Below, one piece after another: positions 53,116-64,000 of a stretch of DNA of 64,000 nucleotides. The translations under genes were made by a program, and so were the position numbers. This DNA comes from Camelus ferus (Eukaryota). Under the pieces are notes generated by a model that saw only the letters and a list, made by a program, of their open reading frames with translations, ran no database searches and was not told the origin of the DNA. Within the stretch, counting starts at the first letter, position 1; each line of letters starts with the position of its first letter. The DNA lies in assembly GCF_009834535.1 (NCBI RefSeq), contig NC_045696.1:88848001-88912000 (forward strand), written 5' to 3'.

Positions 53116-53477
53116 TTTGTTTGTTTTTTTGTTTTCCTTTTTTGTTTTTTTTTTTTTGGTTTGTTTCCTTTTTTTGAATTGAAGTATAGTTGATTTACAA
53201 TGTTAAGTTAGTTTCTGGTGTACAGCATAGTGATTCAGTTATGCATATATGTATTTTTTCCTTTTCATATTCTTTATCATTATAGGTTATTATAAGATAT
53301 TGAATATAGTTTCCTGTGCTATAAGGTAGGACCTTGTTGTTTATCTATTTTATATATAGTAGTTAGTATCTGCAAATCCCAAACTCTCAATTTATCCCTC
53401 CCCATCCCCCGGTAAACCATAAGTTTGATTTCTATGTCTATGAATGTGTCTTTGTTTTGTAAATAAGTTCACTTGGG
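53116..53477 (-). mobile_element. 5'-truncated L1 3' end
   Basis: Long T-rich tail; 12-bp TSD ttcacttgtttt at 53104-53115 and 53478-53489; TT/AAAA site on minus. Confidence 0.9.
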
Positions 53478-53499
53478 TTCACTTGTTTTAATACATAAA

Positions 53500-53910
53500 C
53501 CTTAAAAGACAGTCACTCAAGTATAATAGAAGTTTGTTTCTCTCTAGCAAAATTGTTCCAGGGGCTGTTCCAGCCTGGAGGGGTAGAGGCTGTGCTCCAT
53601 GGGGTCACTCAGGGACTCAGCCAGGCAGAGATTCTGCCACCTTCAACATGTGGCTTCTAGGTTTATTCTGCTGGTCACCATCCCAGCCCATGAGAAGGAG
53701 GAAAGGGGTGCAGTGCCCATCCTCTTGAAGGCACAGTCCAGAATGGCACAGATTACTTCTGCTGCATTCTGTTAACAAGAGCTTAGCCACATGAAATACT
53801 CAGCTGCAGAGAAGGCTGGGCATTGTGGCTCCTGGCTGGATAGGCATGACCTAGTTACAGTCTCTGTGGAAGAAAGAACAAATTTTGGTAGAAAACTAGC
53901 TGTCACAACA
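53500..53910 (-). mobile_element. Old MaLR LTR (MLT1I/J-like)
   Basis: ctgccaccttcaacatgtggcttc...ttacttctgctgcattctgtt...gcagagaaggctggg. Confidence 0.55.
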
Positions 53911-54027
53911 ACCTAGTAGACTTAGCCATTAACCAGGGCAGAGACCAATTTATCATAAAGCTTATGAAATTCAAACTTCTAGGCCTCTCACCTGCATGGG
54001 CCTCTTCCAAGGACCCATGAGGAACCT

Positions 54028-54525
54028 GCATTAGTTACCAATTTCTGTATAACAAATTATTCCAAAACTTATCAACTTAAAACAATAACTTATTATCTCA
54101 CACAGTTTCTGAGTCTGGAATCAGGGAGAAGCGTATCTGGGTAGTCTGGCCCAGAATATCACATGAGTTTGTAGCCAAGGATTCAGTTATTTAAATTCTT
54201 GAGCAGGGCTGGAGGATCTGCTTCCAAGATGGCTCACTCACGTCACTGTGGGCTAGGGGCCTCAGTTTTTCCCCACATGGGCTCCTCTACAGGGCTACTT
54301 GGGGTTCTCACAACATGGTAGCTGGGTTCCCCAGAGTGAATAATCCAAGAGAGAGAGAATTAGAAGTCATAATGTCTTTTATAACCTAGCCTTCAAAGTG
54401 ACATCACTTCTACTATGTTCTCTTGCTCTCACAGACCAGTCTCAATACAGTATTGGAGAGGAATTATACAAGGGCATGAATACCAGGGAATAGGGAAATC
54501 TTCATCATGGGAGGCTGGCTACCAC
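54028..54525 (-). mobile_element. MaLR LTR (MLT1F/H-like)
   Basis: ttattatctcacacagtttctg...gggctggaggatctgcttccaagatggctcactcac...ggaggctggctacca. Confidence 0.8.
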
Positions 54526-55049
54526 CAGGCCCCAGCAGCGTGTTCACATGTTCTTATAACATTTGCAAATGTAATATATTTTAACCTTTTTCTTAATGAG
54601 CCCTCTGCCTCAATTATTTAAGCTTATAGCCCCATAAAACATGAATTCTTTTCTTGTATGACCCTGTTTTAAACTTTAAAAATTGTTTTAGAACTTGGTG
54701 AAACTATTCCTCAAATCAAAGTCATAGTAACTAAATTCTGAAGAGGATGAAGTACTTTTTTCCAAAATGTGTTTGTTTTCATTACTGTCAATTTTCTCCA
54801 GTCTGTGCACTGCTGATTTATTATCAGTGCTAGTTGAGAAGTCAGGAGATCTAGATTCCAATCCAGATTCTAATTTTAACAAACTGGGTGACCTTCTATA
54901 TATGAGATGCAGCCTGCTTCTTGAGCCGGCTCTTTTTGTCAGTATAGTGAGGGATTAGCTGGCTTTTTTGGTCAGTAGAATGAGGGGTTGCATTAACTAA
55001 TCTACATAAATGCTTTCATCTAGTTCTTGATGTGAGAGAAGTTGAGTCA

Positions 55050-56030
55050 GGCTGGGCACAACATGTGCTGGAAAGGAAGCAAGGAGTATAATAAATGATG
55101 CTAGAGAAACCAACCCATGGAAAACCTTAGAAGCCTGGTGAAGGGGGTTAAGATTATTTATTCTGTGGGTGGGGAAAGACATGACTTGGCATTGCTCAGG
55201 ATGTATCGATCTGTCTTCAAGATGAAGAATGAACTAGGAAGGAGGCAAGATGGGAGGAAGAGACAGTTTCAGAGGCTGTTGTGGTAAGCCAGGCTGGAGA
55301 TGATGGTATCTAAAACTAAGGCAGTAGAGATGAGCAGAGAGATATTTGGGAGGTGGAAGTTGTAGGACTTGAGGACTGGTTGGTTAAGCACAGGAGGGTG
55401 AAAGTGAAGGCTGACACATGGTTTCTGGTTTGAGCGCTCCTGCTGACAGTGATGCTGTCTACCAGGGTAGGGAATATAATGAAGTACTTTGCTAGTTCGA
55501 GGGATTTTGATGAGGGGAGAGGAGGAAGCTAATGAGTTCTGTTATGTCTGTCTTATGATTAACGTGGTTCTGAGCCACTGAAGTAGGGATATTCAGAATG
55601 CAGTTGGTCCTGAGGAGGAGTAACTGTCTTGAAGAAATAAATTTGAAAGTCAGCATTGGACAGCAATTAACTAAATCCATAGGAGTAGGAAAAAAATCTA
55701 AAATCCCGCCTGCGTAATATGTAGAGTAAGAAGAGGAGCAGATTTGGTAGAGAACTCTGAGGAATACTCATCTTTCAATCATCAGCAGCAGAGAAAGAAG
55801 GCCCCTCAAAGAACACTGAGGAGGAACAGAGGAAAAAGGAAGGACACCAGAAGATTGTGTACATCAAAGCTAAAGGGAGGGAGATGTTTCTGGAAGTGTT
55901 AGGTGAGCAACAGGGTCAAATGCTGCCAAGGGGTTATATCAGGGAAGTCTTGGTGATCTTAACAAAGGCAGTAGTGGAGGAGGTAGAGGCCATATTTTAG
56001 TGGTTGAGGACTGAACAGGAGGTGAGGGGG
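55050..56030 (-). mobile_element. L2 relic
   Basis: Purine-rich degenerate L2 motifs (gaggctgttgtgg...gagatgatgg, caaatgctgcc). Confidence 0.6.
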
Positions 56031-56155
56031 TTATTGTGTCTGAATCTCAAACACTCACTCCCTCTCTCAAACTGGGGAATCTTATCATCTTTGCCATACT
56101 CTAGTTTAGAAACATGTTAGTTACAATACTAATTTTTAAAAATAGATTTTCTAAC

Positions 56156-56240
56156 TTTATTTATTTATTTTTAATGAAGGTACTGGGGATTGAACCCAGA
56201 ACCTCATGCACACACTACCACTGAGCTATACCTACCTGCC
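56156..56240 (-). mobile_element. tRNA-Ala-derived SINE, short form with internal deletion
   Basis: ggtactggggattgaaccc...ctaccactgagctatac; anticodon arm partly deleted. Confidence 0.8.
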
Positions 56241-57271
56241 TAGAGTACTAATTTTAGACATCGGACTACTCTCTCCCTAGCTTAAGCAGAAAAGGGTTTA
56301 TTACAGGGTATTGGTTAGTTTACAGGCTGTCTGGGAAGGCTAAGGAAGCAACCTTGGTTTTTGCACAGTCATCGACAGCACAGCCAGGGGAAAGGCCCAG
56401 CCACATCATGGGAACGTTCCAGCAGATACGTTCTTGCTGCCATCACCTGCTGCCTGCTACCCATGAATCCAGGATCTGGTCACTAGAACCTCCACAACAG
56501 CTGCAGCAGAAAAAACAAAAGCCTCTACATCTGTGCTTGCCAAGAAGAACCACGTGGACTCTGCCTTGTGATGCTCACTTCTGCCTGCCAAGTCTGGCGA
56601 AGGTGCATCTGCCTGGCAGAAGCAGGAGTAACCCTTGCTACACTTCATGCAAATCTAGGAAATATAGTCTTTAGCTTCTCAGCTTCTGAAGCGCGGGAAG
56701 GCGTGCGACAACGGAATGAAAAGCTGTGGAACGATCCAATTAGCAATATTGTCACTGTTCATTCCTTTGGCTCTTCAGCGTGCGTTCATCCTTCTCCCCA
56801 CACTTAAAATTTCAAGCCACAAATTGCAACAACATGCTCCTGCCTCTCCTAATGCCATCAGTTCTTGTACAAAAGAAGTTACCTTCATTCTCTCTCTTCA
56901 AGACGCAGAATCTCATCATTAACTTCATTTCTCTTTGGTTAATGTTTTTCCTCCTCTGGCTAAGTCACAACTCAGTATTGATACCCTGTAATCGATGGAC
57001 TAAATTGTGAAGTTAACCTCAAATAAAAAGGTCAAGAGAAAAAAGAACAGACCAAGGAAGAAAATAAGGATAGGGGCCACAGGCCACAAGGCTGTAACCG
57101 GCGTTTGTAACTTTCTTCTGCCCCTACTTAGTCTATGCTCCCTTTGCTCTCAGCCAGAAGCTTAAATGATTGGAATCATTTACCTGCTGAAATGACCCAA
57201 ACCTTCTTTCCTAAAAGGTCTGAGCTTTCTGACTCTGACATAAAGATTCCTGAGATTTTCCATTGGCTTTT

Positions 57272-57453
57272 TTTTTAATTGAAGTATGGTTAGTTACAAT
57301 GTGTCAATCTCTGGTGTACGGCACAATGTCCCAGTCATGCATATACATACATATATTCATTTTAATATTCTTTTTCATTAAAGGTTATTACAAGATATGG
57401 AATATAATTCCCTGTGCTATACAAAAGAAATTTGGTTTTAACCTATTTTTATA
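57272..57453 (-). mobile_element. Short L1 3' end inserted next to the ERVL relic
   Basis: 14-bp TSD ttccattggctttt at 57258-57271 and 57454-57467; 3'UTR type resembles copies A and B. Confidence 0.9.
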
Positions 57454-57467
57454 TTCCATTGGCTTTT

Positions 57468-58740
57468 ACCACTGGGCATGATGGTAATAGGAGGCAAGGA
57501 TGCTCTAGGTCCCAAATAGGCTCCTGCTTGCCTTCATTGTATAGTAGAAACCCTAATTTCCCTTTAAAATCAAAATCAAGCACCCAAGACAATACGTGTA
57601 ATCCCCCATGAGGAATCCAAAAAGACCAGGTGTCAGTCTCAGCCTCTAGTTCATTGTAACTAGTTTTGTGTCTCCTAATGAACTCACTCCTCCCTTGGAT
57701 AAAAAGACTGTTGGACCAGCAGAGTTAAAAGTTGCAGGGACAGAAAGCAAAAATTTAGGGAGTGGGTCATTAGGTTTTTTTAGTAGGAAGTGTCACTCCT
57801 ACTTCACATCTATAGGTTTATGGGTTTTTTTAGTAGGAAGTGTCACTCCTACTTCACATCTATAGGTGTTGCGGGCTTGGAAGATTTGCATTTACTGCAT
57901 CCTGACTGATAGCATTATACCCTCACATAGTGTGGTTTTCAAGCTGGTACCTTAACTGGGTCTCCCAAAGGACCGTCTGCCTTTCTAACCCCCCCCCCCC
58001 ACTTTTAGGTGATAGGATACATGGTAAGGCCAGTGGATCTGAGTAGTATTAGTTCAGTGCTTTACTTCATTCATCAATAAACAAATTCCCTGGTCAGAAG
58101 CCATGGTTAATGGAATACCATAACAATGGACTAGGTACTTAGTGGGACTATAGGTAATGATGCAGGGGGGAAATTTGGCATGCAGGGAGAATAAACCTAC
58201 ATCTATAGTAAATATATATTTACAGTATGGAAATATTGCCACCCTCTCCATGATGGAAAGAGGTCTGCATAGTCAGTCTGCCCCTAGATGGCTGGTTGAT
58301 TTTCCAGGGCTGCAGGCTGGATCGGGGCTCAGTTATTGGTCGCTGCTGCAGGTATGTCAGGTACTCAGAAGTTGAAATAGCCAAGTCAGCCGCACTGGAG
58401 GAAGCTGATGTTGAACCTATGCATAATCTCCTTCCCTGCCACCATGGAACATTTTTAAATAAGGCTTTTGAACAAACACTTAGATGCCTAGGGAAGGCCA
58501 TTTTGTCCACCTAATTATTGAGACTCTCCTCTACAGGAGTCCTTGATAAGCATCCACATGGGACACAGTTATTCTCACACTCTGGACATAATCTAAAGAT
58601 GTCCATCCATGCACCTCCTTCCTCATATCTCCTTGTCACAACTTTCCATCTTTTTTTCCCTGTCACCTGACTTTGCTTATGACTCAATATAGATCCACAC
58701 CTCAGAACATCTCCTTCCATTCAAAATGGACCATGGGATG
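57468..58740 (-). mobile_element. ERVL internal pol relic (RNase H/integrase region)
   Basis: Minus-strand HCYGIPLTMASDQG resembles the ERVL integrase motif HGIPHSIASDQG; GAWMDI resembles the RNase H region; many stops and shifts. Confidence 0.7.
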
Positions 58741-59154
58741 TTCCTTCCAAAACTCACACATGTGCGTCTGCTTCACAGAAAGAAGCTTGTTATGTGAGAA
58801 AATCTTAATGATGATTTCTTTTTCCCTGTGAAGGGACAAGGTTATCTGCTAAAAGTGAGGAAGCAAGTGACAGAATTAGTGATTTGAGGAATTCAAAAGT
58901 TTTAAAATAGGGAAAGAGCCAATTTGGAAAACAAAGAAATAATTTGGGGACAGTTTTAAAGGTGTCAAATTACATAGTTATGTGATTTTTCTCCAGAAAA
59001 GAAAAGAAGCAAAAAGCACCATAGTGGACAATACAGGCATGTTCACTGCAACCTCAAGACTACCCATTCACCTGTGTGGAAAAAGAATTTCTACTTCACA
59101 AAATCAATTTACCATTCATTCTGGCTAAATCAGAGTTATTATTTAGATGTTAGT

Positions 59155-59343
59155 TTTTTATTGAAATACAGTCAGTTTGCAATGTTGTATTAGTCTCTAG
59201 TGTATTGTGTAGAGATTCAGTTATACACACACACATATTATTTTCCATATTCTCTTCCATTATAGGGTACTACCAGATACTGAATATAGTTCCCTGTGCT
59301 GTATAATAAGACCCTGTTTATCTATTTTATATATAGTAGTTAG
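59155..59343 (-). mobile_element. Short L1 3' end
   Basis: L1 3'UTR motifs; degenerate TSD ttagatgttag/ttagatattag. Confidence 0.8.
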
Positions 59344-60516
59344 TTAGATATTAGATTTTTAATAGCAGCTTTTGTCTAAGGCCTAAGAGTGCTGTATAAA
59401 AATTATTTTTCCAAATAAGGATTATTTGGAATAGTCATCAATTGAAAGCAATGGTTGTCTCTGGGAGGAGGAATTAAGTGGCAAAAAGACAAGTGTAGAG
59501 GGAGATTTACTTTTCACTTCATACCCCTTTGTAGCTTTTGAATTTATACCTATACATAAAAATATCTGTGTAGTCCCTCAATGTGTCCAACCTCACCTGA
59601 TACAAGTGCACTATTCTGAGAGGACAGGGATCTGTACAGCTGTGACCTTCTGCTCCTAAGGGCCACTCTAGACCATATGACATATATTGGTGATTTTCTA
59701 AGCCATTTCTTTTTCTTTTTTTTTTTTTTAAATTTAAGTATGGTTGATTTATAATATTGTGTTAGTTTCTGGTGTACAGCAAAGTGATTCAAATATATAT
59801 ATATATATATATTATTTTTCATATTCTTTTCCATTATGGTTTATTACAGAATACTGAGTATGGTTCCCATGCCACACAGTACGACCTTGTTGTTTATCTA
59901 TTTTATATACAGTAGTTTGTATCTGCTAATCCCAAACTCCTAATTTATTCCTTCCCCGGGTCCCCTTTGTTAACCATAAGTTTGTTTTCTATGTCTATGA
60001 GTCTGTTTCTGTTTTGTAAATTAGTTCACTTGTGCCATTTTTATAGTTTCCACATATAAGTGATATCAAATGGTATTTGTCTTTCTCTGCCTGACTTACT
60101 TTGCTTAATATGATAATCTCTAGGTCCATCCATGTTGCTGCAAATGGAATTATTTCATTCTTTTTTATGGCTCATTAGTATTCCATTGTATACGTACCAC
60201 ATCTTCTTTATCCATTCTTCTGTTGATGGACATTTAGGTTTCTTCATGTCTTGGCTATTATAAATAGTGCTGCCATGAACATTGGGGTGCATGTATCTTT
60301 TCAAATTATAGTTTTCTTTAGATATATGTCCAGGAGTGGCATTGCTGGATCATATGGTAACTCTATTTTTAGTTTCTTAAGGGATCTCCATAGTGTTTTC
60401 CATAGTGGCTCCACTGTTTTCCATAGTGGCTGTACCAATTCACATTCCCACCAACAGTGTAGGAGGGTTCCCTTTTCTCCACATCCTCTCCAGCACTTGT
60501 TATTTGTAGACTTTTT

Positions 60517-61024
60517 TTGTTTGCTTTGTAGCAGAGAAAGAGCAGGACCAAGCAAGGAGAACAGGTAGCTAGTGCTTGAAAAACCCAAACTCTGATAGTT
60601 TTCAGGGAAAAGTTTTTATAGGCAAAATTTGGGGTGATGGCTGCAAGGTGTGTGATTGGCTTTCTTCTGATTGGTTGGTAGTGTGGTAACAGGATGATGT
60701 TCCAGGAATCTTGTGCTCAGCCTGAAGTTGCCATCCTCCACCTGTGTGGGGGCCCTGGTTCCTGCAGAAGAACTCAAAGATATTGCTATATGCATTACTT
60801 GAGGAGGAACCAGGACCCTGCCCCAAGGCTGCACCATTGTTTCTTGACTGTGCCTCCTTTGTCTCTGCATTTCCCTCCCTTCTCTGTTTGAATCTGCCCT
60901 TTGGAACTCAGGGAAGGTCAAGGAGACTGAATGCAGCCTAAGTCCTACTAACAAGAAATGGAGGACACAGGAAGTATTTGTTCCAGGGAGGACCCCACAG
61001 GGTCCTGCTCTATTTCACCCAGTC
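60517..61024 (-). mobile_element. ERV1-type LTR U3-R segment with A-rich tail and 16-bp TSD
   Basis: Minus strand begins TGAAATAGAGCAGGACCC at 61017, has CCAAT boxes and CCTATAAAA, ends in acaaagcaaacaaaaaaa; TSD tatttgtagacttttt at 60501-60516 and 61025-61040. Confidence 0.8.
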
Positions 61025-61772
61025 TATTTGTAGACTTTTTAATGATGGCCATTCTGGCCAGTGTGAGGTGATATCTAATTGTAGTTTTGACTTGCATTTC
61101 TCTAATAATTAGTAACATTAAGTATCTTTTCATGTGCTTTTGCCCAGCTGTATGTCTTCTTTGGAGAAATGTCTATTTAGATCTTCTGCCCACTCTTTGA
61201 TTGGGTTGTTTGGTTTTTGTTACTGAGCTGTATGAGCTATTTTTATATTCTTGAAATTAAGCCCTTGTCAGTCACATTGTTTGCAAATATTTTCTCCCAT
61301 TCCAGAGATTGTCTTTTTGTTCTGTTTATGGTTTCCCTTGCTGTGCAATAGATTATAAGTTTGAAGAGGTTCCATTTGTTTATTTTTGTTTTTATTTCTA
61401 TTGCCTTGGGACACTGACCTAAGAAAACGTTGCTACAATTTATTCCAGAGAATGTTTTCCCTATATTCTCTTCTAGAAGGTTTATGGTGTCATGCCATAT
61501 ATTTAAACTGTTAAGCCATTTTGAATTTATTTTTGTGTGGGGTTGAGGGAGTGTTCCAACTTCACTGATTTACATGTGGCTGTCTAACTTTCCCAACACA
61601 ACTTGTTGAAGAGACTGTCTTTTCTCCACTGTATATTTTTGCCTCTTTTGTGGAAGATTAACTGACCATAGGTGTGAGAGTTTATTTCTGGGCTCTCTAT
61701 TCTAGTCCATTGATCTATATATCTGTTTTTATGCCAATACTACAGTTTTAATTACTGTAGCTTTGTAGTATT

Positions 61773-61922
61773 TTTAAAATAAAAAAAAATCGTATTTATT
61801 TTTTACTTAGGTGGGGAGGTAATTAGGTTTTTATTTATTTCTCTTTAATGGAGGTACTAGGGATAAACCCAGGACCTCCTGCATGCTATGAGGTACTCTA
61901 CCACTGAGCTATACCTTCCCCT
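61773..61922 (-). mobile_element. tRNA-Ala-derived SINE nested in L1 copy D
   Basis: ggggaggtaattagg tail and ctctaccactgagctatacc head; 18-bp TSD ctgtagctttgt(a/t)gtatt at 61755-61772 and 61923-61940. Confidence 0.9.
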
Positions 61923-62342
61923 CTGTAGCTTTGTTGTATTGTCTGAAGTCTGGGAGGGTTATGCCTCCAGCTTTGTTCTTTTTACTCAGGATTGCTTTGA
62001 CAATTCTGAGTCTTTTATGGTTCCATATACATTTTAGGATTATTTGTTCTAATTCCGTGAAAAATGCCATGGTTAATTTGATAGAAATTGCATTAAATCT
62101 GTAGATTGCTCTAAGACATTTCTGGACATCAGCTAACCAGGGGATATTTTCTAAAATCTATGTGGTAGAAATATGGATATATATGTGGTTAGCATGTGAA
62201 TTACTTATTTTCCCTGTACTTTCCAAACTTTCTATAATGCATGTAGCCAGGGGGAAAAAACACATCATAAACATTTTGTCATGTATTCACTTATTCATTT
62301 ATCCATGTATTCAATTTTTTTTTTTTGAGGAGTAGTAGTAGT

Positions 62343-62385
62343 TGTGTGTGTATGTGTGTGTGTGTGTGTATGTGTGTGTGTGTGT
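62343..62385. repeat. Interrupted (TG)n microsatellite
   Basis: Seen directly. Confidence 0.9.
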
Positions 62386-62964
62386 TTTCTAAAAACCAGG
62401 ATGTGATGATGTGTTCTAGGAAATACAGAGCTGGAAGCCTCTAGTTGCCTCAATCTTTTTTGGATGGGGCAGAGTGTAAATAAGGAGTGATCCCTGCCTT
62501 CCATGTATCTGCAGACAGATATGCAGAAAAGTACTCAATAAAACAGAATGATGTCAAAGCAAGTGTAATAAGCCTTATGCTATGGAAGTGGAAAAGAAGA
62601 AACAATTCATCCTGGGCATGTCAGAAAGATTTCACTGAAAAATACATATTTAAGGTAGATTTTTAAAAGTGATTTGAATTGTAGGGAAGAAAGGGGCTGG
62701 AAAGTGCTTTTCAAGTTGAGGAATCAGTTGAAGAAACACATAAAAATATGAACATGCATGGCCCATTTGGAAAAATGGTCACCATCCAGTGAGATAAGAA
62801 TACAATGCGCATGGATGCTTATGGGAGCAGGATGCCGAAAGGAATGGACAGATCATATTGCCTGTGGAATGCACTGGAAAGCCACCGAAAGTGTAAAAAG
62901 GAAGAAACAAGTTCCATTCATGTTTTAGGAAGACTTCACGTGTAGGCAGTTTGATAACATAAAG

Positions 62965-63140
62965 ATCACAGGCTTTGAAGTTAAACAGACCTAAATTTGA
63001 ATCTTGCCTTATTCTCATTAGCAGTGTCATTGGGGTAAGTCATTTAACGTCTCAATTTCGCTATGTCAGACAAGAGTTGACAAATGAGTGCACTCACCAC
63101 TTGCATGACACGTGGTAGAGGCTAAATAAATGATAGATAT
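62965..63140 (+). mobile_element. MIR relic
   Basis: ggctttgaagttaaacagacctaaatttgaatcttgcc...gtaagtcatttaacgtctc. Confidence 0.7.
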
Positions 63141-63289
63141 TATTCTTTTATTCTTTTGATATGTGGGGGGTGTATTTACAAGGCAGGCTCTTGGATACAT
63201 GAGCTAGTTCAGGGACTGATGTGGATTCTAGGTGAGAGGTGATGAGGGCCCAAAATAAGTAATGACTGTGGGAACAGAAATGAAAAAAC

Positions 63290-63410
63290 AGAAGGTATTG
63301 GCATCTAGTGGGCAGAGGCCAAAGGGCCTGGAATGTACAGGACAGCCCTCAACAACAAATAATTATCTGGCCTGAAAGGTCAGTAGTGCCAACAGTTGAG
63401 GACTCTGTAT
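63290..63410. mobile_element. MER20-like DNA transposon fragment
   Basis: ggcatctagtgggcagaggcca...aatgtacaggacagcc...aattatctggcc...gtcagtagtgcc. Confidence 0.8.
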
Positions 63411-64000
63411 TAACAGAAAGAGATTAGAGGACACATGTATGACCTGTCTTCAAAAATTTTTTTAAATTATGAAATACTTAAAACATACTTAAAATATAAT
63501 AAACACCCACAAACTTATTGCTAAATTTAGGAGATATTCATAAGATGGCTCTTCTACACCAAGGAAAAAGAGGTGGAGCTGTGAGTCTGCAAAATCCTTG
63601 AGGAACACTCTAGCCCTCTGTGCCTGACAGTCAGTTGTATCTGATGGAGGAACACTTACTTAAATACCTTCAGGTAAAGGTCTTTTGTTCCTCCCTCAAA
63701 GAAATTAAAAATGGAAAGTTTCTGAAGGGAATAATTTATTAAATTAAGAGTAAGAATTTTCTTTTTGGCTCATTAAGCAATGTTAATGAATAACAATAGG
63801 ATAGCACAATATCTAGAGAGGAAAGAACAATTGCAATATGCTATGATGAAAACTTTCAATCAATGGAGCATAACATTTCATGGAGACTTTGCTTAAATGG
63901 ATGAGACAGGAGAACTGTCTAATCTAACAAGCCTCTCAGCTCCATCAAAAGCTGACATTGATGAAAAATTCAGTGTTAGCGTGGGCAGGACCCCACATCT

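Larger units (their letters stand above)
59711..62109 (-). mobile_element. 5'-truncated L1 (copy D) with a nested LTR retrocopy and a nested SINE
   Basis: Minus-strand [18 protein letters not shown]; 14-bp TSD tctaagccatttct / tctaagacatttct at 59697-59710 and 62110-62123. Confidence 0.92.

Noticed and set aside
57773..57867. CRISPR-like hairpin direct repeats
   Set aside because: Only two units with a 5-nt gap, in mammalian ERV DNA, with no cas genes; a simple tandem duplication.

Overview
Repeat-dense placental mammal DNA, most likely camelid: it carries tRNA-Ala(AGC)-headed SINEs resembling Vic-1, and I saw no Bov-A/BovB or Alu. The window looks intergenic or intronic, and I recognise no host protein-coding exon. 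The largest feature is a young full-length LINE-1 (6721-13832, +) with a 12-bp TSD, a CpG-rich 5'UTR and three 1-nt frameshifts. The rest is 5'-truncated L1s of several ages, at least seven tRNA-derived SINEs, MaLR/ERVL/ERV1 LTRs, an ERVL pol relic, MER DNA transposons, MIR/L2 relics and microsatellites. The most unusual observations are: (i) two inverted L1 copies 9 kb apart with separate TSDs but the same ORF2-inactivating lesions, which suggests a trans-mobilised defective source element; (ii) an ERV LTR U3-R segment inserted with L1 TPRT hallmarks; (iii) a 403-nt L1 inter-ORF spacer holding a short ORF that overlaps the ORF2 start. Repeat family names come from recall, not a database search. 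I cannot support a new multi-gene system here.
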